A stretch of DNA of 64,000 nt from Camelus ferus (lineage: Eukaryota), in the NCBI RefSeq assembly GCF_009834535.1, contig NC_045696.1:98396001-98460000 (forward strand). The letters run 5' to 3'. A program made the position numbers and the translations under genes. Within the stretch, counting starts at the first letter, position 1. Each line of letters starts with the position of its first letter. The notes under the pieces are model-generated. The model did no database searches. It worked only from the letters and a program-made list of their open reading frames with translations, and was not told the origin of the DNA. Positions 26,539 through 36,298 of the stretch are shown in pieces.

Positions 26539-27829
26539 AAATAATCAGTCTAAGCTCCACTAACTGTTAAGAACATATATAGCACTCAGTCTACAGTGGG
26601 TGGCTTTGATGTCTCACTTTATTTTGAACCCTAGTTTTGACTCTTGAAACTTTATTGCAAAACATGGAAAGAACTGACAAAATGACCTTAAAACCTGGCT
26701 AGTTTTCCATAATTAATTTCTTCTGGATCCCCCCTTTTTAACACATATCCCTGAGATAGTCATTTTTATAAACTGTGAAATCCCATGAGTAAGACCGTAA
26801 TCTTGCTCACTTCATCAGTAAATTGAAGTGGTCCTTAAGAGCCTTTCATCAAGTTGGTTTTTTTTTTTTATTATTAAAGAAAGAGGAAAAAATGTTTCTA
26901 ACACTGAGAATTATCTTAATCTGGCTTTCCCAAAGGAAATGCCACCGATATCCTGAAAAATATAATTCCTTTCATTTCTTCTGACTAACATGTAACTCTG
27001 AGAAATACAGTAGAACTGTAGAATATTAGAGCAGAAGGAGATGTGTCTGACAATGTATAATCCAGTATACCTCTTTAACAATGCCCACACTGAGATCAAG
27101 AGAATCTGTGAGTTTGCCAAGGGAGGACTGAACCACACTTTAATTCCCAGGGAAAGGAATCTTTAGATGACACCATGTTCCTTTTCTTGAAAACTATCAT
27201 TAAAATATTGCTTAATTCAAAGTATTTCGGAGAAATTTTATCATGTTCATTTTGTTTCAGCCACTACATAATCCATAATTGGTCAAAAGTTGGAAGCATT
27301 GTTTTTTGTTTTTTTAACTTGGTATCTTCTAAAATGTTCCTAGGGAATAAGAATTACGTTAAAGTTTCATGAAACATGATTTGCAAAACTCTTGGATGAC
27401 AAACTTAAAAAACTACAGTAAAATTTAGGGGATTTCTTAAAGAGATGCAGTCTAGAAGCCACAATACAAAACATAAACATATTAGACAATATTAAGACTA
27501 TCTGGGTAAAGATCAAGCTCAATAGTTAAATGATAAATTTGGAAAATATATACTTTATATCAAAGTTGATATTATCAGCAGGAATTATTATGTCTGGCCC
27601 AGACAGAACAAAATAGGGGTTACATCTCTTTCATGCTTCCTTTTAGCAGAGAGGGAGCTAGAATCCCCAGGCTGGTCCAGCCCAGTCACTGGAAACTTCT
27701 TAGTCCATTGCCCTATGATGATTTATAAGTATACATTTATTCTGAAGTCCCTTTATCCCATGATTACTTACAAATGTAATTTTCTGAGCATCATGAAGTA
27801 AAAAACACTGGAAAGCCCTGGTCTAATAT

Positions 27830-28330
27830 AAAAAGAGGACTTGTATATCATGAAAAAGTCAAACAGCCCAATAGAAAAATGAGTATAAAAGACTATTCAC
27901 AAAATTGCATATCCAACTTGCCAGTGTAAAAGACTCCATATTTCTATAGTAACCATGGAAATGCAAGTTGAAGTAGAAGCTAGATATCTGTTTACACCCA
28001 CAAGGCAGGCAAAAATTTAAGAGTACAGTAAAGTCTATTGCAGGCAGGGAGGCAAAGAGAAGACAATTCTCACTCATTGCTGGTGATTAGGTAAAAAATT
28101 TCAGCGCATCTTGGAAAAATGATCTGGCAATATCTCTTAAGCATAAAAGTATACATTTATTTTGAAACAATAATTTTACTCTTGGAAACACATTCCATAA
28201 TATAAAACCACCTGCATTGATATTTATACTCACACACACATACTCAAGAATGCTTATGTACTATTATGTATTATTCTTCATAATAAAAATCAGGAACCAA
28301 TATGAACAGATAAGCGTGTTATTAATAGAG
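27830..28330 (+). mobile_element. Old LINE-1 (L1ME-like) 3' region
   Basis: AACAGCCCAATAGAAAAATG...GAAATGCAAGTTGAA...TTGGAAAAATGATCTGGCAATATCT. Confidence 0.65.
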
Positions 28331-28440
28331 AAATTCTTAGTTCAGTGTAAAAATTAACTTGAAATATGATAAACATTTTTGTAAGAGTTTTATATCTTAG
28401 AAAAGACTCTTCATTGTTTTTTTTAAGAGGCAAAGTTCTT

Positions 28441-29207
28441 TTTTTTTAAATTTTATTTTATTGAGTTATAGTCAGTTTACAATGTTGTCTCAATTTCCAG
28501 TGTAGAGCACAATTTTTCAGTCATACATGAACATATGTATATTCATTGTCACATTATTTTTCACTGTGAGCTACCACAAGATCTTGTATATATTTCCCTG
28601 TGCTATACAGTATAATCTTGTTTATCTATTCTGTATATACCTGTCAGTATCTACAAATTTCTAACTCCCAGTCTGTCCCTTCCCACCCTCCTCCCCCTGG
28701 TAACCACAACTTTGTATTCTATGTCTATGAGTCTGTTTCTATTTTATGTTTAAGTTCATTTGTCGTCTTCTTCTTCTCCTTCTTCTCCTCCTCCTCCTTC
28801 TTCTCCTTCTTCTCCTCCTTCTCCTCTTCCTTCTTCTCCTCCCCCTCCTCCCCCTCCCTTCTCCTTTTTTTTTTCCTAAGATTCTACATATGTGCGATAT
28901 CACATGGTATTTTTCTTTCTCTTTCTGGCTTACTTCACTTAGAATAACAGTCTCCAGGGATATCCATATTGCTGCAAATGGCATTATGTTGTCGTTTTTA
29001 TGGCTGAATAGTATTCCATTCTATAAATATACCACATTTCTTTTTCTAGTCATCTGTCAATGGACATTGAGGCTGTTTCATTGTCTTGGCTATTGTAAAT
29101 AGTGCTGCTATGAACATTGGGGTGCAGGTGTCTTTGTGGAGTAGGGTTCCTTCTGGATATATGCCCAGGAGTGGGATTACTGGATCATATGTTAAGTCTG
29201 TTCCTAG
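28441..29207 (-). mobile_element. Camelid-lineage LINE-1 3' end (ORF2 tail plus 3'UTR), 5'-truncated
   Basis: T-tail on the left, ORF2 C-terminus MPFAAIWISLETVILSEVSQKEKEKYH, 16-bp TSD AAGAGGCA(A/G)AGTTCTT at 28425-28440 / 29208-29223. Same family as 31251-36203. Confidence 0.93.
28766..28874. repeat. (CTT/CTC)n polypyrimidine microsatellite inside the L1 3'UTR
   Basis: Direct reading; source of the poly-L/poly-R/poly-S ORFs. Confidence 0.9.
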
Positions 29208-29669
29208 AAGAGGCAGAGTTCTTGTTTATTTTTGTGACAAAGGAAAGACTCATTTAGAATGAGTAATGAGAGCTTTTATCAAATGCCAGCAATCTACAAT
29301 AATGCTTATTTTTATATATCCAACATTATTGATTTTCTCATATTTATAGGAATAGCTTTCAGATGTAATATTTAATTTTGAGTCATAACATTTTCATTTA
29401 CATAATTACATTTTGGGAGAGAATATAACTTGCCTTCTTTTTTATCTAAAGAGAATATATTTTTATCTTTGTCCAGGTCACCTAGCTAACGCTGGTACCA
29501 TGATGGACCTGTCTGGCTGAAGTTGGAGCCTTGAAGGGGATGCAGCTGCTATGGGAAATGCCAGTCAAGACAGAGAGGTAGGGGAGAAATTTCCTAGGTT
29601 TTCCTTTCATCTCTCCTTCCAACCTCCTTTAAAAATCTTTAATGTGCTAACCCTAGCCAGATATGCAGT

Positions 29670-30150
29670 CTGTAGAAATGGTTTATAGCATATCTGTTTG
29701 TAGTAGAAAAATACTGAAAATACCCCATGTTTCTACTAATACTAGAAGGTGTAAATGAATACTGCATAACAGTGATATGAATGAACTATAGCTAAACATA
29801 ATATGCATAAATCTCAGTCAAAAATAAGGCAGAAATTTATCAGTGAAAACCTAATAATCATACATATTACTAAAAACTAAAGAGTATCTTATTAAAGGAA
29901 ATAAATATATATGGCAAAAGTGGTAAAATGCTATGGAGGAAATAAGGGAGTAATACATTGAAAATTCAGAGAGTGGTTATTTATGAAGGAACTGAAAAAT
30001 GGGTAGGATCAGAGAGGAGCTCTCAGGAATCTTCAAAATGTTGGTAAAATTTTATTTCCTAAACTGAGTAAGATGTGAGTATTCATTGTATATGGCACTT
30101 TATACCTTACACACATTTTATTAGTACTTGTTTTTAATTTCTCAATGTTT
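29670..30150 (+). mobile_element. Old LINE-1 (L1ME-like) 3' end
   Basis: ATGAATGAACTATAGCTAAAC...AAAATTCAGAGAGTGGTTAT...GTTGGTAAAATTTTATTTCCT. Confidence 0.6.
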
Positions 30151-30179
30151 GGTAGCAATAATAAAAATTACAACACTAG

Positions 30180-31250
30180 TAACAGAAGTAAAGCAAATGA
30201 ACAAAGAGACCATGGAGAAAAACAGTGGACCACCATCCCTGAGGAAGCATATTAGAAAAGCTCAAGAAACTCATAACTGGAAAGGTGATAACTACCATGA
30301 ATCACAAATAGAATAAACACAAAATTTTAAAAGAAGACATCTAAATCATTAAGAGTGGGAGAGGGAAGCAAGGAAATATAGAGTAATTTTTTTTCTTTTT
30401 TAAATTTTTTTGTTCTCGGTAGGATGGGTTTGGGATTATATTACTATCTGTTTAATACAAACAGTTATAGTAATGGGTTAATAGACTTACAAAAAAGGGT
30501 AATCACAAGCCAAAAACTTATAAGGGAGTCATAAAAACTAAATAAAATCCATGATAATACAAAGGGAAAATTACCAAACCACAAAAGGAAGAAGAAACGA
30601 ACAAAGAGAAAATACCAAATCAACTGCAAAAATAAGTTCAAAATGGTAATAAACACACATCTATCATTAATTAATGTAAATGTTAATGGACTAAATGCTC
30701 CAGTCAAAAGACACAGAGTGGCAGACTGGATAATAAAGTAAGAACCTTCAATATGCTGCATACAAGAGACCCACTTTAGGGAGAAGGACACATATAGATT
30801 GAGAGTGAAAGGATGGAAAAGGATATTCCATGCAAATGGAAAAGCCAAAAAACCAGGTATAGCAGTACTGATTTCAGACAAAATAGACTTTAAAACAAAG
30901 GCCATAAAGAAAGATAAAGAAGGACATTTTATAATGATTAAAGGAGTAATACAAGATGAGGATATTATACTCCTTAATATATATGCACCCGATATAGGAG
31001 CACCTAAGTACATAAAATAATTACTAACAAAGATAAAGGGGGAAATTGATGGGAATACAATCATTGTCAGAGATTTTAACACCGCATTACATCACTAGAC
31101 AGATCTTCCAGACAGAAAATAAACAAGGCAACAGAGAAATTAAATGATACAATAGAAAAATTAGATTTGGTGGCTATTTTCAGAGCATTACACCCCCCAA
31201 AAATAGGATATACATTCTTTTCAAGTGCATGTGGAACATTTTCTAGGATT
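30180..31250 (+). mobile_element. Internal LINE-1 fragment (inter-ORF spacer plus ORF2 endonuclease N-terminus, ATG at 30643), left part; host of the nested L1
   Basis: Reads MVINTHLSLINVNVNGLNAPVKRHRVADW...GKAKKPGIAVLISDKIDFK with in-frame stops. Continues at 36204 after the insertion. Left boundary approximate. Confidence 0.9.
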
Positions 31251-31567
31251 TTTTTTTAACATTTTTTATTGATTTATAATCATTTTACAATGTTGTGTCA
31301 AATTCCAGTGTTCAGCACAATTTTTCAGTTATTCATGGACATATACACACTCATTGTCACATTTTTTTCTCTGTGAGTTATCATAACATTTTGTGTATAT
31401 TTCCCTGTGCTATACAGTGTAGTCTGTTCTACAATTTTGAAATCCCAGTCTATCCCTTCCTACCCTCCACCCCCCTGGTAACCACAAGTCTGTATTCTCT
31501 GTCTGTGAGTCTATTTCTGTCCTTTATTTACGCTTTGTTTTTGTTTGTTTGTTTTTGTTTTTGTTTT

Positions 31568-34500
31568 TTAGATTCCACATATGAGCGATCTCATATGGTA
31601 TTTTTCTTTCTCTTTCTGGCTTACTTCACTTAGAATGACATTCTCCAGGAGCATCCATGTTGCTGCAAATGGCATTATGTTGTCGGTTTTTATGGCTGAG
31701 TAGTATTCCACTGTATAAATATACCACTACTTCTTTATCCAGTCACCTGTTGATGGACATTTAGGCTGTTTCCATGTTTTGGCTATTGTAAATAGTGCTG
31801 CTATGAACATTGGGGTGCAGGTGTCATCCTGAAGTAGATTTCCTTCTGGATACAAGCCCAGGAGTGGGATTCCTGGGTCATATGGTAAGTCTATTCCTAG
31901 TCTTTTGAGGAATCGCCACACTGTTTTCCATAGTGGCTGCACCAAACTGCATTCCCACCAGCAGTGTAGGAGGGTTCCCCTTTCTCCACAGCCTCTCCAG
32001 CATTTGTCATTTGTGGATTTTTGAATGATGGCCATTCTGACTGGTGTGAGGTGAAACCTCATTGTAGTTTTGATTTGCATTTCTCTGATAATTAGTGATA
32101 TTGAGCATTTTTTCATGTGCTTTTTGATCATTTGTATGTCTTCCTTAGAGAATTGCTTGTTTAGGTCTTCTGCCCATTTTTGGATTGGGTTGTTTATTTT
32201 TTTCTTATTGAGTCGTATGAGCTGCTTATATATTCTGGAGATCAAGCCTTTGTCGGTTTCATTTGCAAAAATTTTCTCCCATTCCGTAGGTTTTCTTCTT
32301 GTTTTATTTCTGGTTTCCTTTGCTGTGCAGAAGCTTGTAAGTTTCATTAGGTCCCATTTGTTTATTCTTGCTTTTATTTCTTCTAGGAGAAAATTTTTGA
32401 GATGTATGTCAGATAATGTTTTGCCTATGTTTTCCTCTAGGAGGTTTATTGTATCTTGTCTTATGTTTAAGTCTTTAATTGATTTTTGTATATGGTGTAA
32501 GGGAGTGTTCTAGCTTCATTGTTTTACATGTTGCTGTCCAGTTTTCCCAACACCATTTGCTGAAGAGACTGTCTTTATTCCAATGTATATTCTTGCCTCC
32601 TTTGTCAAAGATGAGTTGACCAAAAGTTTGTGGGTTCATTTCTGGGCTCTCTATTCTGTTCCATTGGTCTATATGTCTGTTTTGGTACCAATACCATGCT
32701 GTCTTGATGACTGTAGCTCTATAGTATTGTCTGAAGTCTGGGAGAATTATTCCTCCAGCCTCTTTCTTTCTCTTCAGTAATGCTTTGGCAATTCTAGGTC
32801 TTTGATGGTTCCATATGAATTTTATTATGATTTGTTCTAGTTCTGTGAAATATGTCCTGGGTAATTGGATAGGGATTGCATTAAATCTGTAGATTGCCTT
32901 GGGCAGTGTGACCATTTTAACAATATTGATTCTTCCAATCCAAGAGCATGGAATATCTTTCCATTTTTTAAAGTCTTCTTTAATTTCCTTCATCAATGGT
33001 TTATAGTTTTCTGTGTATAATTCTTTCACCTCCTTGGTTAGATTTATTCCCAGATATTTTATTACTTTGGGTGCTATTTTAAAGGGGATTGTTTCTTTAC
33101 TTTCTTCTTCTGTTGATTTATCGTTAGTGTAAAGAAATGCAACTGATTTTTGAACGTTAATTTTGTGACCTGCTACCTTGCTGAATTCTTCAATCAGCTC
33201 TAGTAGCTTTTGTGTGGACCTTTTAGGGTTTTCTATATATAGTAACATGTCATCAGCATATAATGACACTTTTACCTCTTCTTTTCCAATTTGGATCCCT
33301 TTTATTTCTTTCTCTTGCCTGACTGCTGTGGCTAGGACTTCCAGGACTATGTTGAATAGGAGTGGTGATAGTGGGCATCCTTGTCTTGTCCCAGATTTTA
33401 GTGGGAAGCTTTTGAGTTTTTCACCGTTGAGTACTATGCTGGCTGTAGGTCTGTCATATATAGCTTTTATTATGTTGAGATATGTTCCCTCTATACCCAC
33501 TTTGGCGAGAGTTTTTATCATAAATGGGTGTTGAATTTTATCAAATGCTTTTTCTGCATCGATTGAGATGATCATGTGGTTTTTGTCCTTTCTCTTGTTG
33601 ATGTGATGTATTACACTGATTGATTTGCGTATGTTGAACCAGCCTTGTGTCCCTGGGATGAACCCCACTTGGTCATGATGTATAATCTTTTTTATGTGTT
33701 GTTGGATTCTATTTGCTAAAATTTTGGTGAGGATTTTGGCGTCTATGTTCATCAGTGATATTGGCCTATAATTCTCTTTTTTTTTGTAGTGTCTTTGCCT
33801 GGTTTTGGTATCAGGGTGATGGTGGCTTCATAGAATGAGTTTGGGAGTATTCCCTCCTTTTCAATCATCTGGAAGAGTTTGAGAAGGACTGGTATGAGTT
33901 CTTCTTTGTATGTTTGGTAGAATTCCCCGGTGAAGCTGTCCGGTCCTGGACTTCTTTTGTAGGGAGGTTTTTAATTGCTATTTCTATTTCCTTTCTAGTG
34001 ATCGGATTGTTCAAGTGTTCAGATTCTTCTTGATTCAGTTTTGGTGGACAGTATGTTTCCAGAAACTTGTCCATCTCCTCTAGGTTATCCAGTTTGGTTC
34101 CATATAGTTTTTCATAATATTCTCGTATGATATTCTGTATTTCTATTTTGTTTGTTGTAATTTCTCCATTTTCCTTTCTTATTTTGCTAATTTGTGCTCT
34201 CTCTTTTTTCTTCTTTGTGAGTTTGGCCAGAGGTTTGTCGATTTTATTTACTTTTTCAAAAAACCAGCTTTTGGTTTGGTTGATTTTTTCTATGGTCTTG
34301 TTAATCTCTATTGTATTTAATTCCTCTCTGATCTTTATTATTTCCTTCCTTCTGCTGCTTTTTGGGGCTTTTTGTTCTTCTTTTTCTAATTCATTCAGGT
34401 GGTGGGTTAAATTGTTTATTTGAGATTGTTCTTCTTTTTTGAGGAAGGCCTGTATTGCTATAAACTTCCCTCTTAGCACTGCCTTTGCTGTGTCCCATAG

Positions 34501-35355
34501 GTTTTGAGTGGTTGTGCTTTCATTATCATTTGTCTCAAGGTATTTTTTAATTTCAGCTTTGATTTCCTCATTGATCCATTGTTTTTTCAATAACATATTG
34601 TTTAATCTCCATGCTTTCCTTTTTTTCTCCTTTGTTTCTCTGTTGTTGATTTCCAGTTTCATGGCATTGTGGTCAGTAAAGATGCTTGAGATAATTTCTA
34701 TCTTCTTAAAATTGTTGAGGTTTCTTTTGTGCCCAAGTACATGATCAATCCTGGAAAATGTTCCATGTGCACTTGAAAAGAATGTATATCCTATTTTTGG
34801 GGGGTGTAATGCTCTGAAAATATCCACCAAATCTAGTTTTTCTATTGTAGTATTTAATTTCTCTGTTGCCTTGTTTATTTTCTGTCTGGAAGGTCTGTCT
34901 AGTGATGTTAATGCAGTGTTAAAATCTCCAACTATGATTGTATTCCCATCAATATCCCCCTTTATCTCTGTTAGTAATTCTTGTATGTACTTAGGTGCTC
35001 CTATATTGGGTGCATATATATTAACGAGTGTAATATCCTCATCTTGTATCACTCCTTTAATCATTATAAAATGTCCTTCTTTATCTTTCTTTATGGCCTT
35101 TGTTTTAAAGTCTATTTTGTCTGAAATCAGTACTGCAACACCTGCTTTTTTGGCTTTTCCATTTGCATGGAGTATCCTTTTCCATCCTTTCGCTCTCAAT
35201 CTATATGTGTCCTTCTCCCTAAAGTGGGTCTCTTGTATGCAGCATATTGAAGGTTCTTGCTTTATTATCCAGTCTGCCACTCTGTGTCTTTTGACTGGAG
35301 CATTTAGTCCATTAACATTTACAGTAATTAATGATAGATGTGTGTTTATTGCCAT
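31568..35355 (-). pseudogene. LINE-1 ORF2 (APE endonuclease, reverse transcriptase, CCHC region), disrupted
   Basis: ORF pieces 33865-35355 (EN: NVNGLN, GDFN, SRIDH, TDH), 32475-33752 (RT: QGCPLSP, YADD) and 31727-32347 (CWRGC..H..C). Frameshifts/deletions near 33955, 33780 and 32350-32480; premature stop at 31727; native stop after ...ICGI at 31568. Confidence 0.95.
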
Positions 35356-35758
35356 TTTGAACTTATCTTTGCAGTTGAATTGGTATATCCTCTTTGTTCC
35401 TTTCTTCTTCCTTTTGTGGTTTGGTAATTTTCCTTTGTATTATCATGGATTTTATTTAATTTTTGTGACTCCTTTGTAAATTTTTGGCTTGTGGTTACCC
35501 TTTTTTGTAAATCTGTCAACCCATTACTATAACTGTTTTTATTAAACTGATAGTAACATGATCTCAAACCCATCCTACTGTTAAAAAAATTTAAAAAAGA
35601 AAGAAAAAAATATTCTATACTTCCCTGCCTCCCTCTCCCACTCTCAGTGATTGTATGTCTTCTTTCATAATTTCATGTTTACTTTATTTGTAATTCATGA
35701 GTTATCACCTTTCCAGTTGTGTGTTTCTCATTTCTGTAGCATCCTGCTGCTTTTCTAT

Positions 35759-36203
35759 TTAGAATAGCCCTTTCAATATTTCTTTTAGCATGGGTTTAGT
35801 GTTGCTAAACTCCTGCAGCTTTTTTTTGTCTGTGAAACTCTTTATTTCTCCTTCTATCCTCAAGGATAGCCTTGCTGGATAAAGGATCCTAGGCTGCATT
35901 TTTTTTTCATTCAGGGCTTTGAATATATCTTGCCACTCCCTTCTGGCCTGTAGTGTTTGTGTAGAGAAATCAGCTGAGAGCCTTATGGGGGTTCCCTTGT
36001 AACTTACTCTTTGCTTTTCTCTTGCTGCCTTTAGAATCATTTCTTTATCCTTGACTCTGGCCATCTTGATTATGATATGTCTTGGTGTGGGTCTATTTGG
36101 GTTCTTCCTGTTTGGGACCCTCTGAGCTTCCTGTACTTGGATATCTGATTCCTTCTTTAAGTTTGGGAAGTTTTCAGTCATGATTTCTTCAAAAACCTTT
36201 TCA
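35759..36203 (-). pseudogene. LINE-1 ORF1 C-terminal fragment (RRM/CTD)
   Basis: ENFPNL...QEAQRVP...RPTPRHIIIK...AAREK...YKGTPIRLSADFS...ARREW...YPARLS are ORF1p motifs; the 5' part is missing. Confidence 0.93.
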
Positions 36204-36298
36204 TTCTAGGATTGATCATGTACTTGGGCACAAAAGAAGCCTCAACAATTTTAAGAAGATAGAAATTATCTCAAGCATCTTTACTGACCAGAATGCCA
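36204..36298 (+). mobile_element. Host LINE-1 fragment, right part (endonuclease SRIDHVLGHK...FTD)
   Basis: Directly continues the host sequence broken at 31250, then stops abruptly with no 3'UTR or poly(A). Confidence 0.9.

Larger units (their letters stand above)
31251..36203 (-). mobile_element. Young camelid LINE-1, ~4.95 kb, 5'-truncated within ORF1, nested in another L1
   Basis: ORF1 C-terminus, ~400-bp spacer, ORF2, 3'UTR and T-tail; 10-bp TSD TTCTAGGATT at 31241-31250 and 36204-36213. Confidence 0.96.

Noticed and set aside
30465..35479. Antisense ORFs of ~200 aa (30465-31082, 34871-35479) and other hydrophobic ORFs opposite L1 ORF2
   Set aside because: Antisense shadows of A-rich L1 coding sequence; their mutual similarity just reflects the two L1 copies.
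31251..36203. Possibility of an active L1 or novel reverse-transcriptase system
   Set aside because: Ordinary L1 domains; lacks the 5'UTR and ORF1 start, and ORF2 has several frameshifts and a premature stop.
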